Part shown: one piece after another, positions 36,761-49,500 of the stretch
Layout: each line of letters begins with the position of its first letter
Position numbering within the stretch: the first letter of the stretch is position 1
NCBI GenBank assembly: GCA_024137785.1
Contig: JAHRHZ010000166.1
Span: forward strand, 1,064,736 to 1,128,735
Reading direction: 5' to 3'
DNA length: 64,000 nt
From: Ginglymostoma cirratum
Taxonomy: Eukaryota
The notes under the pieces: model-generated
What the model saw: only the letters and a program-made list of their open reading frames with translations
The model's database searches: none
What the model was told of the DNA's origin: nothing
Translations under genes and position numbers: made by a program

Positions 36761-37500
36761 AAGATGCAGAGAGATTTCTATGCCCTATTGTATAGATCAC
36801 AGGAGATTCTTGTGCAGATTCAGCAAATAATCAGGTGAGCCAGTAGAATTTTTTTGGTTTTTGTGAAGGAGACTAAATGTAAGAGTCGGGATGCTTCAGT
36901 TATACAGGACATCGATGGGACCGTTTTTGGTCTACAGTGATCACTAATGGTCACTGTACTTTTGGAAAGATGTTAATGGTTCAGAACAGGCTTACTCAGC
37001 TAATAGAGTGAATGACTGAATCTTCTGAACTCCAGAGAATACAGGCCGAGCCCATCTACCCTTTCCTCATAAGGGAATTCTGTCATTCAGTTGACTTAAT
37101 TGAAACATATTGAGAGGATTTGAATGGATGGATGTTGAAACCATGTTTTCTCCCATGGGACAATCTGGAACTAGGAGTTGTAGTTTTAAAATCAATGAGC
37201 GCCTATTTAGAACAGAGATGAGAACATTTTATTTTCTCACTGAACTGTTTTAAAACCAATGAACATGCTTTTATTCAGATATTCTAAAACTAGTTTCACA
37301 ATGATAATAGTCACTGATAAATCCAAATATAAATTCAGAAGAGCAAAACACATAATTTCATCACCCAGTTGTTTCTTATTAATTGAAATGTGAAAAAGGG
37401 GAAGAGAAAATGAGCTAGTGAGCAGATCTAGGCGAGTATGGCTGGACTGTGTGGGTGACGTGCTGTCGGAAGCTCAGTCTTGTTGTAAATTTGCACGGTC

Positions 37501-38288
37501 TGATTGCTCAGTTCTGATGAAAGGCTTTAGATTTGGAGAGCTTTCACTGAGGGGGCACGTTCTGTTGAAGGAACATGACTGAGACACTACAGCCTTTGCG
37601 ACAATAGAGACACAGAATTACATATTCTGCACATCAATACTGAAAGGAATTGCATTGTCTAAGGGGTTGAACTGGAAGAGGGATTTAGTGAAGCATCATA
37701 GGTTCAATGCTGAGAACATGTTTAAAGCAAAAATATCAATAATAATGAGATGCTACACTGGCAAATGCCTGAGGGAGTGCTGCACCATTCGATATAAATC
37801 AATGATGTAACGGCATGATGAAGGGCGTGCTATTTTTAACATAAGAGGAATTTGCACAATTTCATATTTATTAGATATTTCCTACAAGACTTTAGTTAAT
37901 TCTTTTCATGTGCAGAATCTTCTGAACTCCAGAGGATACAGGCCTAGCCAGTCTACCCTGTCCTCATAAGGTATTCTGACATTCACTCTTTTAGTTGTGT
38001 AATATCTCACTATTAAATCAAATGGTGCAGCACTCCCTGTGTAACACCTCATTATTATTGATATTCTTACATCCTAACATGTTCTCAGCATTGAATCTTC
38101 AGTAAATTCCTCCTCCAATTTGACCCCTTCGAGAGTGCTGTTCCTGTAAATATTGACTTACAGTATGTATAATTCTGCATCTCTATTGCCGCAAAGTCTG
38201 TAGGGTCTCAGTCATATTCCTTCAACAGAATGTTTCCCCTCACTGCGAGCTCTCAACTCTAAAGCATTTATTCAGAACTGAGCAATCA
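37501..38288. repeat. Old inverted repeat, ~290-bp arms, ~210-bp spacer
   Basis: TGATTGCTCAGTTCTGA (37501) vs TCAGAACTGAGCAATCA (ends 38288); internal pairs TTCTGTTGAAGGAA/TTCCTTCAACAGAA, TTCAATGCTGAGAACATG/CATGTTCTCAGCATTGAA, GGGAGTGCTGCACCATT/AATGGTGCAGCACTCCC. Confidence 0.9.
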
Positions 38289-39469
38289 GTGAATAGATCA
38301 AGAAGTAAATAGCTTTTTGGAGATGTGAGATTTTTTTCACTCAGTGGATTGTATAAGTTTAGAATGTACTGTCTGAAAAGGCTGTGAAGGCAGGTAATCT
38401 TTCAATATTTAAGAAACATCTAGATAAACACTTAAATGGCAGTCATAGTGGACCAAGTACAGCTACATGGGGTTCATGTAAATTGATGTTTGTTAATGTA
38501 CTGATCAGTATTGTCATGATGGACCAATGGGCCTATTTCTAGACTGTATGACTCTTTGACCACTGGAAATGATGGGATGGTGCATCGGTTTAATATCTCA
38601 CGTGGAGTTGTAAACCCCAAAGCATTTGTCCAGTGCAGAGACTGAGAGACCTTTCTCCTTTACCTTGCAACGTCTGCTGTGGGACAATATAAACTTTACC
38701 TTCTGTTTGATTAGCGAGATTCATATCTGCAAAGTAAGAACTGGTGCAGAATGAAGATTTGTAGCAAACTCAAAAAGGAAAGATGCAAGCGATATTCATG
38801 TTCAGCACAAAATAATTTCTAAAATAAGAAAATTTGAAAATAAACGGATGATTTCTTTTTCATCTGGTAGTGTTCGCAGATCCAACAATTGTGTCCAGGG
38901 ATTGCTTTCAGTAACAATGGAAAAATAAAAGAAAAATCATCTTTACTAACCTATTCATCTCATAGCAATATCACAATTGCGGATATTTGTTAAATTCAGT
39001 TAAACTGGTAATTTTTGCCGTGTGTTCTTTTGAAGTTGCAGCCCTACTATTTGTACAAATTTAAGACAAAGTTTAATTGATGGCCTTTTGCAAAGAGAAT
39101 AGTGTGTGGGCTCATAACGCGTAAACAGGAAACCCACAATGACCATTTTCATCATGGTCTACTTTCCATGCTGTTATTTTTAAAAGCAGCATAAATGTTC
39201 TGCAACTCTGAGTTTCACAAACAATGTGACCCAGATAGAACACAGAACATGGCGGATAAAATTGTTTGTGTGAAACTACAAACAAACATGTCAGATATAG
39301 GCAAGAATGTTTTTTTTAGTTGACTCTTTGCGCACTTTTTTAAATCTCTATCCAGTTTAATTTTCTTACAAATGCAATTTATTTTGGAAAGACATAAATT
39401 TGTATAAACTTACCATGGTTTATACCTCTTGAAACATACAGAATTCTCGAATGCCTCAAGACAAATTCT

Positions 39470-39780
39470 GAGAGAATGTTTCCTGTCGCAGGAGAATATA
39501 GGATCATCAGCCCAGATTAAAGGGACTCCAAATTAGTACTGAGATAAGAGGAGTTTTTTCTCCCAGAGAGTTGTGAGTCTTTGGAACTTCTTACCAGAGA
39601 GAGCTGCTGGGATATATTTCTTTTGTATGTATAAGGCTGATTTAATAGATTCTTGATCAGTAGAGGAATCAAGAGTTATGTGAAAGGGCAGGACAGTGAA
39701 CATGAAGACATGAAAATGATCCTATTGAATGGCAGAGCAGACTCGAAGGGCTACTCCTGTCCCTATTTCTTGTGATCTTC
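39470..39780 (+). mobile_element. CR1 3' end
   Basis: TTTTCTCCCAGAGAGTTGTGAGTCTTTGGAA...ATTGAATGGCAGAGCAGACTCGAAGGGC. Confidence 0.7.
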
Positions 39781-39799
39781 TGGATTGCATTTAGTTGAA

Positions 39800-40150
39800 G
39801 GGAGGCTTTGGTCTCATGGTTTTCTCACTAGACTATTAATCCAGATACCAGGTAATGTCCTGAGGACCTATATTCAAATTATACCATTGCAGATAGTGGA
39901 ATTTGAATTCATTAAAGATATAGGATTAGGTGCCTAACAATGGCGACGCAGCTGTTGTCGATTGTGGAAAAGCCTATCGGGTTTACTCATGTCTTTTAGG
40001 GAGGCAAATGCGCCATCCTTACACAGTCTAACCTATATGTGACACTGGACCCATAGCAATTTACTTGATTCTCAACTTCCATTTGGGCAGTTGGGATGGG
40101 CAACAACTACTGGCCTCACCAGAAATGTCGACATTCCATGAATGATTTTC
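39800..40150 (+). mobile_element. Deu-domain-type SINE
   Basis: CTAGACTATTAATCCAGA...GGAATTTGAATTC...ATATGTGACACTGGACCC. Confidence 0.7.
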
Positions 40151-40484
40151 TTTTTAAGTGGGAAAAGTAAGAAATGAGCAAATTGAAGTATCTGTAATGA
40201 CGTTTGATAAGGTTGTGGAACTAAAGACTAAAGACTACTAATATCGTGCATAAATCATCAGATCGGGAGCGTCTTGATTGTCACCAAATTGTTTGATTTT
40301 TGGTGATATTTCAATGAAGTGAAACCTTGGTGGGTAAAGAAAAACTTCCTTAAATGGAAAACTTTACTAAAATCGGCATTTGAAAGTATTGAAAGGCATG
40401 TCAAGAAATATACCATTAAGTATACTTATTGGAAGAGTAGTCAGAAGTAGACCAAAATGAATATATTATGCTGATTCACAGGCC

Positions 40485-40803
40485 ATAGAATCCCTACAGT
40501 GCGGAAACAGCCCCTTTGGCCCAAAAAGTCCGCACCGAACTCAGAGAAATCCACCCGGACCCATTCCCCTGTAACCCACCTAATCTACAAATCCGTGAAC
40601 ACTATGGGAAATTTAGCATGGCCAGTTTACCTAAACTGCACATCTTTGGACTGTCGGAGGAAACCGGAGCACCCGAAGGAAACCCACGCAGACACGGGCA
40701 GAATGTGCAAACTCCACACAGACAGTTACCCGAGGGTGGAATTGAATTCAGGCTGCTGGCGCTGTGAGGCAGCAGTGCAACCACTGAGCCACCGTGCTGC
40801 CCC
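40485..40803 (-). mobile_element. HE1-type V-SINE
   Basis: GGAGGAAACCGGAGCACCCG...GCAAACTCCACACAGACAGT...CCACTGAGCCACCGTGCTGCCC. Confidence 0.92.
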
Positions 40804-41309
40804 AGATATTATTTTTTTAAAATATAAGTTTATTTGTCTTGTTGAAAATCTTTGTAATTCAACCTACTTTCTTTTGGAGGTATTCGAATTCAATATCCTG
40901 CCACCATTTTGAAAGTATATAATGAACGGATTGGTTCTCAGTAACCTGTGCTAGAACGGCCAATATTTCCGTATTGTAAGACATTAGGAAATGCCATCAG
41001 TCAACTTGATATTGAAATCACCAAAGTTAATAACAATGCTCTAAGAAAGAGTTTATTTTCTTTCCATACGTATTAATTTATTCAGTGCAGGGAAGTATAG
41101 CTATCTTATACATATTGGTAAGCACCAAATGCCGTTTAGAAGATGGTGGCAGACTACTTTTATGGAATCTTGTACTATATGAGTTTAGATAACGGCACAA
41201 TGCCTACAGTGCCTGTGGTTTTGGCACAGATACAGAAAAGGTGAGCTAATTATGCTGCAAATCAGAATGCTGCGTGACTTGCCAAGGAACTGGCAGGTGG
41301 TGCTTTTTG

Positions 41310-42030
41310 AACACAGAATAGTAGAGCACAGGAGCATGCTCTTTAGCCCATCATGTCTGTGTCGACCATGAAGTCACTCTAACTGTTCCCAAATATATGA
41401 CTGCACGTGGTAAATAACTCACTCTCCCGTGCCTTTTCATGTGTCTTTGTAATTATGACTCAAACATTGTTATCGTGTCTACATCTTCAAAGTTCCCTGA
41501 CACCGTGATCCAGGCACCTCCCACCCACTGTGTAAAAAAAAAACTTGCCTTACACATCTCCTTAAAATTTTCTCCTTTTATACTAAATGTTTACCTCCTA
41601 GGAATTGGCATTTACCCTTTAAGAAAAAGGCTCCAACTGTACACCAATCCATGCTTCATTTCACCTTATACACTGTTATCAGTTTTCTGCTCATCCCCTG
41701 ATGCACTGGCGAAAACAATCCAAGTTTGTCCAAACTCTTCTTAAAGCTAATACACTCCAATCCAGACAACATTCTGGTAAACCTCTTAAAATTCTCTATG
41801 TCCTTCTTATCGTTTGGTGAAAAGAACTGTTCAAAATAATCCAAATGTAGTACAACTAAAGTCTTAAACTGCTGCAACATGACTTACCAATCTTTATACT
41901 TAATGCCCTGAGGGATGAAGACAAGCATGCCATGTGCCTTCTTTACCATATCATCCCCTTGTGTTTCCAGTTTAAGGAGGTTATTGACTTTCACACCAAA
42001 ATCCCTCTTTCAGCAAACCACACTCCGTGG
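41310..42030 (-). mobile_element. CR1 3' fragment
   Basis: Minus ORF RFTRMLSGLECISFKKSLDKLGLFS. Confidence 0.8.
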
Positions 42031-42111
42031 CCAACATCTCTGTATTGGGCATTCTGTAATCCTTCAGCAAATTTCAACACAAGTTGGAACAACAGCTTTT
42101 CATTTTTTGCT

Positions 42112-42440
42112 TGGCCGCACTGTCGTTCAGTAATTAGCCCTGCTGCCTCACAGCGCCAGGGATCCGGGCTCAATTCTACCCTCGGGTGACTGTCTGTGTG
42201 GAGTTTGCACATTCTGCCCGTGTCGGCGTGAGTTTCCTCTGAGTACTCCAGTCTCCTCCCACAGTCCAAATTTGTGTAGTTTAGGTGGATTGGCCATGCT
42301 AAATTTTCCAAAGTATTCAGGAATATGTAGCTTAGATGGGTTATAAGGGGATGGGACTGGGTGGGATGCTCCAAGGGTCGGTGTGGACTTGTTGCACTGA
42401 AAGGCCTGTTTCCACAGCGTAGGGATTCTACGTGACTACA
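42112..42440 (+). mobile_element. HE1-type V-SINE
   Basis: GCCTCACAGCGCCAGGGA...GACTGTCTGTGTGGAGTTTGCACATTCT...GGATTGGCCATGCTAAATT. Confidence 0.9.
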
Positions 42441-42639
42441 TTCTAGATAGATGAGGCAAAAGAAAATGCAGGGTTACAGAGTAATGGGAGGGTTGGTCTG
42501 GAGTCTATGGGTTAATGGCCTGCTTCTAGGCTGCAGGGATATTTTGGATCCTGCAACATTCCGGGCTCAATTTTGCATTCAATAAATGGAGGCCTGAACA
42601 CTGTGCCTGGGCTTATCATAACATGGGCTGCTAATGCAA

Positions 42640-43000
42640 ACAATACAAGGTCACCTATTAATGATCTCTCTTTGCAGGTATTCATTCTCTCAGGCTAATA
42701 TTTTATCGCTTAACCTTACACACTGCTATCAGTTTTCCGCTCATTTCCTGACGCCTTGGTCAGCCCGACAGTTTTTTTTTCTTTCTGAGCTACATCACCA
42801 CCTTTCGTTTACTCCTTCCCCCTTCACTCCCCTTCTCTTGTAAATACCATTTTCTAGCTACATCAGTTATGAAGAAGGGTCACCGCACCAGGAATATTTA
42901 ACTCTACTTTCTCTCTCGCAGATGCTCACAGATCTGCTGAGTTTGTTTCCAGCAATTTCTGATTCTGCTTCTGTTTTCCAATATCTGCAGTTCTTTTGTT
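42640..43000 (+). mobile_element. Family-B Penelope 3' end
   Basis: Pyrimidine tract then GAAGAAGGGTCACC...CAGATGCT...ATCTGCAGTTCTTTTGTT. Confidence 0.6.
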
Positions 43001-43103
43001 CTTTCCCCTATTGACAACATTATTCCTAAGGATTCTGCCATTTGCTTACCTTTTTTTTCACAAGCATGTGATCTTACAAAATGCATCACCTCATACCCTG
43101 TAT

Positions 43104-43608
43104 CAGAGATAGTAGGGACTGCAGATGCTGGAGAATCTGAGATAAGAAGGTATAGAGTTGGATGAACACAGCATCAGAGGAGCAGGAAAGAAGGGTCCAG
43201 ATGNNNNNNNNNNNNNNNNNNNNNNNNNNNNNNNNNNNNNNNNNNNNNNNNNNNNNNNNNNNNNNNNNNNNNNNNNNNNNNNNNNNNNNNNNNNNNNNNN
43301 NNNNNNNNNNNNNNNNNNNNNNNNNNNNNNNNNNNNNNNNNNNNNNNNNNNNNNNNNNNNNNNNNNNNNNNNNNNNNNNNNNNNNNNNNNNNNNNNNNNN
43401 NNNNNNNNNNNNNNNNNNNNNNNNNNNNNNNNNNNNNNNNNNNNNNNNNNNNNNNNNNNNNNNNNNNNNNNNNNNNNNNNNNNNNNNNNNNNNNNNNNNN
43501 NNNNNNNNNNNNNNNNNNNNNNNNNNNNNNNNNNNNNNNNNNNNNNNNNNNNNNNNNNNNNNNNNNNNNNNNNNNNNNNNNNNNNNNNNNNNNNNNNNNN
43601 NNNATCTC
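43104..43608. mobile_element. Family-A element spanning a gap
   Basis: CAGAGATAGTAGGGACTGCAGATGCTGGAGAATC left end; ATCTC right end; CCTCATAC repeated on both flanks. Confidence 0.65.
43204..43603. other. Assembly gap (400 N)
   Basis: Run of N. Confidence 1.
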
Positions 43609-43609
43609 G

Positions 43610-45700
43610 CCTCATACTTTTCCAGGTTAACCCTTTCCCAAGCTAACCATTTCTGTCAATATACATAAAAAATAGTTTGGTATTCTCCTTACTCCTGATT
43701 GGTAAGGATATTTCATAACTTAAATAAGGAATTATGAAGAGCTATGTTATGCTTCATATTTCCTTCATCAAGGGCCTTATTTTAATTTCAATTTTCCAAC
43801 CGCAACAGATGCATCTTTCTTTCTTTTTGACTAAACTTTCAATATCTCTGGTCAACCATGTCCCCAACTCGTGCTATCATCATCTTTCGTCTTCACAGGA
43901 GCATGCTCATCTTGGACTCTGATTAACCGGCCGTAAAAGGATCCCGCATATCAGATATGAATTTGCCCTCAAACAAACGCTACGGTCTATTCTTTTTTTT
44001 CAGTTCAAGTCGAATAACTTTCTAATTAGCCATCCCCTAATTTAATTCTTTCACTGAGAACTAGTTTTATCCTTATCAATAATTTCTTAAAACGCATGGT
44101 TTGTTCCAAAAATGCTTCCCTGCTGAAACTTTTATTACATCCAAAATAACGTCTAGCATGGCCCCTCCCCAGCTCGATATTTATATTTTGTTTCAATTTA
44201 CCATCTTGAATGCTTCTAATAATTTAAACTCCATCGAAACCCATGATACACGATGGACCAAGACATCACTGCAACATTCGTGAGTTGTCAAAGCTTTCTG
44301 TATTGTTCTTAACAGTTAAAATGATGCTGAATTTAAGTGAGACTGACATGTTTGTTATCTGAGCTAATCAGTTCTTTTTTTAAAAGAGCTTACTTTATTG
44401 CTTCAGGGACTGCAAAAGATAGTATGGGAGGAAACATTGGCCCTCTGACATTTTCATATTTCAAGTAGGATGTAACTTCAGTGATAGCCTTAATGTGACT
44501 TGTCAACTTTTTTATTCAGTGCCCAACGATCAAGGTAAGCACACTGTACACCCTCATTACTATGTTACTAATTTCTGTTGTCACTTTGAGGGAGCTATGG
44601 ACTTCCACTACAAGATCTGTTTCCATATATCAATGCTCCTAAGAGTCCAGCCATTTTGTTACAATTTCCTCTTGCGTTTGACCGCCGAAAATGCATCACC
44701 TCACAATTGTCCATATTAATTACATTTACAACAGCGGTTAATCCTTGTGGAACACCACTTACCAACGACTTCCAGTGACAAAAAGCACCGCTCTACAACT
44801 GTGATCTACCTTCTATGATCAAGACGACTTGCCAACTCGCTATGAATCCCATATGACTTAATCATCTAGACCAGCCTACCATGAATAACCTTGATAAATG
44901 CATTATTAAAGTTCATGATTATAACATTCGCTGCCCTACCCTCACTATTCATCTTCATTGCTTCCTCAGACGTCTCAGTCAACATAGTTAGACAAAACCT
45001 TCCCTGCATAGAGCTATGCTGAATAGCCCTAATAATTCAAATCCTCTCCAAACATGAGTAAATCCTGTTTCTACAAAGTTTCATTAATAATTTTTCGACC
45101 ATAGAGGTAAGGCTTAGTTGCCTATAATTTACTAATTTATCCCTGTTGCCCCTCTGGGACAAGTGAAAAATATTGACTATTTGCCAGTGTTCTGGGATTT
45201 TGTTTGTGGCAAATAATGATACGAAGTTCTCTGTCAACGCTGAGCCAATCTCCTCCCTTGCTTCCTTCAGGATCCTGGAGAAGATCCCATTGGACCATGA
45301 GAACTATTCTACCTTAATGCTTTATTTTCAATGCATCCAACACTTCTTCCTTCTTAATATCGATATGTTCAAGAATATCAATATACCCCTGCATAAATGC
45401 ACCATCAATTTATGTCCTTCTCTTTGGTAAATACAGATGCAAATAACTCATTAAGGACCTTTACCACTCTCTCTCCTTAAAAACATGCATTCCTTTATCC
45501 TTGAGTGGACCTACTGTTTCCCCAGTTAGCTTCTTGCCCCTAATATAAACAGAGATTGCATTTGGATTCCTCTTAATCCCACTTGACAAAACAATTCATG
45601 GCTCCTTCGAGCCCTCTTGATTTCTTGTTTAAGCTCTTTCCTGTTTCCTTTAGACTCAATGGCAATGTTTGATTTTAGTTTTCTAAATGTAACATGCATT
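43610..45700 (-). mobile_element. Old CR1 ORF2 fragments (continue 46953-47760)
   Basis: Minus ORF IPEHWQIVNIFHLSQRGNRDKLVNYRQLSLTSMVEKL (PEDWRIANV..NYRPVSLTS homology). Confidence 0.7.
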
Positions 45701-45708
45701 TCTTTCTA

Positions 45709-46952
45709 AGATAACAAGGTGTGGGGCTGGATGAACACAGCAGGCCAAGTAGCATCATAAGAGCAGGAAAACTTGACATTTCGGGCCTAGACCCTTCATC
45801 AGAAATGGGGGAGGGAAGAGGGTTCTGAAATAAATAGGGAGAGGAGGGGTAGGCGGATAGAAAATGGATAGAGGAGAGGGTAGGTGGAGAGGAGGCAGAC
45901 AAGTCGAAGAGGTGGGGATGGAGCCGGTAAAGGTGAATGCAGGTGGGGGGGGNNNNNNNNNNNNNNNNNNNNNNNNNNNNNNNNNNNNNNNNNNNNNNNN
46001 NNNNNNNNNNNNNNNNNNNNNNNNNNNNNNNNNNNNNNNNNNNNNNNNNNNNGCCACAACGGGTACAGCGGATGCAGTATACCACATTGGCAGATGTGCA
46101 GGTGAACCTCTGCCTGATGTGGAAAGTCTTCTTGGGGCCTGGGATTGGGGTGAGGGAGGAGGTGTGGGGGCAGGTGTAGTACTTCGGCGGTTGCAGGGAA
46201 AAGTGCCGGGTGTGGTGGGGCTGGAGGGGAGTGTGGACCGGACAAGGGAATCGCAGATGGAGTGGTCCCTCTGGAAAGCAGATAAGGGTGGGGAGGGAAA
46301 AATGTCTTTGGTGGTGTGGTCAGATTGCAGATAGCAGAAGTGTCGGAGGATGATGCGATGCATCCGGAGGTTGGTGGGGTGGTATGTGAGGACGAGGGGG
46401 ATTCTTTTTTGGTTACTATTGTGGGGACGGGGTGTGAGGTATGAGTTACGGGAAATGCGAGAGACACGGTCGAGGGCGTTCTCGACCACTGTGGGGGGGG
46501 GAAGTTGCGGTCCTTGAAGAATGAGGACATCTGAGATATACGGGAGTGGAATGTCTCATCCTTGGAGCAGATGCGGTGGAGGCGAAGGAATTGGGAATAG
46601 GGGATGGCATTTTTGCAGGAAGGTGGGTGGGAAGAGGTGTATTCCAGATGGCTGTGGGAGTCAGTGGGCTTGAAAAGGACATCGGTTTCTAGGTGGTTAC
46701 CCGAGATCGATACAGAGAGGTCCAGGAAGGAGAGAGAAGTGTTGGGGATGGTCCAGGTGAACTTCAAGTTGGGGTGGAAGGTGTTGGTGAAGTGGATGAA
46801 CTTTTCGAGCTCCTCGTGGGAGCACGCACTCCGGCTAGGCCCGAAACGTCAAGCTTTCCTGCTCCTATGATGCTGCTTGGCCTGGTGTGTTCATCCAGCC
46901 CCACACCGTGTTATCTCGGATTCTCCAGCATCTGCAGTACCTTTTCTCTCTG
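45709..46952 (-). mobile_element. 5'-truncated Penelope-like element (RT C-term + GIY-YIG) with inverted terminal repeat and 15-bp TSD
   Basis: Minus ORFs SFLDLSVSISGNHLETDVLFKPTDSHSHL / KNAIPYSQFLRL and VYCIRCTRCG; terminal repeat 45709-45805, inverted copy 46835-46952; ATGCATTTCTTTCTA at 45694-45708 and 46953-46967. Confidence 0.92.
45953..46052. other. Assembly gap (100 N)
   Basis: Run of N. Confidence 1.
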
Positions 46953-47782
46953 ATGCATTTCTTTCTATTTGTTTTTACCCTTTATTTCAATATCTTTTGT
47001 TGTACAAGATTCCAGAATCCTGTCATCATTATCTGTCATTTGCAGAAAGATGTCAGGCCTGAACTCTGATCAACTCGTCTTTAAAACACTCGCACATATC
47101 AGATGTGGGTTTAACGGCAAACAAGCTCTCCACTTTAATTTCTCCACTTCCTGCAAAAGTATTATAATTAGCCTTCTACCTAATTTAACACATTTACCCG
47201 AGGACAAATCTTATCCTTATGTATAATTAACTTCAAACTTGCAGAATAATAATCACTGCTCCAAAAACCCTCCCTCACTGAAACTTAAACATCTGGCCAG
47301 GTGTCTTGCCCAATAAAAGAAAATGCAATGGTCTGATTGGAATATCTACATTTTTCAAGAAACCCTCCTGCATGCACCTCAGAATTTAAGTCTCATCTGA
47401 GCCCATGGCACGAAGGGGTTCCCAGTCATTATTGGGGAAGCTGGAATCAACCTCGACAACAAACCTGTATTTTTTGCATATTTCCTTGAACTGCTTACAT
47501 AGCTATTCATCTGTCTTCCACTGATGATTGGGAGCCCCATCACAGTGATTTCTGTTTCTTGTTTGAACACACATGCCTTCACTGGATAAGCCCTCAAAGA
47601 TTCCTCAGCGAGTAATGAAAATACCTTACTCCTTTAAATGTCCTTTCTCTCGCCAGAAATATCTAAACTCTGGAAATTTCTGTTGTCAGTTCTGCCTTTG
47701 GCTCAACCACGTTTTTGTAATGGGTGCAAAATCGTAGTCCCTTTTTAGTAATCCAGGCTAATCAGTCTAACTTGTTCGAATT

Positions 47783-48457
47783 GAATAGAATAGAATAGCC
47801 TTTATTATCGCATATGCTCAAAGAGTAAAGTGGAAAGTTTGTAAGTCGACAATTACAGCAGCAACTTCGATACAAAAGTATACACTCATAGCTTTTTTGG
47901 TTACAGAATTTATGCAATGCAGAATTGAAATGTCCAGGATTACATGAATAAAAGTTCAGTACAGTCTACGCTGGCAGCTAGCTTTCAGTCTGTACCAGCC
48001 CTCGCACCCCACTGTGCCTGCTACACTCAAAGTTGGGAGGCTGCTGCAGCAGGAACTGCCGATCCAGGCTGGGACGTTGTCATGCCAAGACAGGGAGTCT
48101 ACCACAGGAGGCAGACAGGTCGACATTTCATACCTGGAGGCCATTGTGGAAGGCTGGGAGGTGGCCATGCTACGCTGGAAGGCCTGTGCGCCAGGCTGAG
48201 AGGTGACATGCCACGTCAGGAGGCTGCTGCTCCAGAGGAGGCCGAGAATCTTTGCTCATTAGAGCCTGGGAGTCATTGCTGGAGGCCAGGAGGCATCACA
48301 CACCTCAGGCTGGGAGTCGAAGAGAGGAAAATGAAGAAGAAGAAGGAAAATAGAAAACACTGCAAGGAAGATTAAGAGAAGACAAAGAACAAGTAAAGAA
48401 GAGCAGGCAGAATGGATGAGCTCTGTTTGAACCGTCCTACACTGCTGACATCTTGCC
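47783..48457 (-). mobile_element. Short non-autonomous retroposon-like element
   Basis: Minus strand starts GGCAAGATGTCAGC and ends ...ATAATAAAGGCTATTCTATTCTATTC (simple-repeat tail); GC-richer than flanks; no RT motif. Confidence 0.5.
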
Positions 48458-48479
48458 AAGAATATATTCCTTGCATTAC

Positions 48480-49500
48480 ATAAATAAAATTCAGACTGCC
48501 AATCTGCTGATTACCATGCACCATCCTCCCTTGGCTGATGAATTTGTACTGGTCCATTTTCAACAACATTTGGAAGAAGCACTGGGGTTGTCAAGGGTAT
48601 AAAATGTATTCTGATTGGAGGATTTCAAAGTCGAAAAGCAAGTTTTGTTCAGTGGCACACTACTGACTGGTTAGTCGGTTTATTAAAGACATAGTTGCCA
48701 CACTCTGCCTATGGCAGGAGGAGAGTAAATCAACAAGAGGGTAAAAAAACATACTTGGCCTCATCTTTACTAATCTGCTAGTTGCAGATGCATCTGTCCA
48801 TGATACTATTAGTAGGAGTAACCACTGTGCAGCCCTTTTGGAGATGAAGTCCCTCCTTTGCTTGCGAATACCCGCTGTTGTAATATGTTGCATATAACAA
48901 CTCCATACTGGGCACCCATGAGACGCACTCTACCAGGAACAGCAACAGAACTGTACTCCAGAACATTCTGGAACTTCATTGTTTGGCCTATCCCCCACTG
49001 AACCAATAGCATCAAGTAGGGGGATAACGCTAGTTCAATGGAGGGTCATGAGGGCACACAATGAGTGCCCAGACATCCTAAAAATAAGGTGTCGGCCTGG
49101 TGAAACTATCAAGTAGGCCTATTTGAGTGTGAAACAGAAAATCAACAAGTGATGAATGGAGCTAAGCAATCCCAACAACTACGGATCAGATTTAATATCT
49201 AGCTATCTTCAGTCGTGAATGGTTGTGGACAATTATACAACTCACTGGAGGATGCTCCGCAAATGTTCCCATACTCAAAGATGAAAAAGCCCAACACATC
49301 AGTTTAAAAGATGAGACTGAAGCATTCGCTGCAACCTCGTGGACAATCTATCCAGGTCTCCTCTAGACGTCCCCAGAATCACAGATACCAGGCTTCAGCA
49401 CATTTGATTCACTCCACCTGACTTCAAGAAGCTGTTTAAGTCACTGGATGCTGCAATGGCTATGGGCGCTGCCGAGATTCCAAAAATAGTACTGACGGCA
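48480..49500 (+). mobile_element. LINE family 2 endonuclease-to-RT region
   Basis: Degenerate GDFN, LDLI.TN (CTTGGCCTCATCTTTACTAAT), SDH, AMGPD..P motifs. Confidence 0.65.

Noticed and set aside
47944-48375. 143-aa GC-rich ORF as host gene
   Set aside because: Lies antisense within a putative retroposon; no domain recognised.
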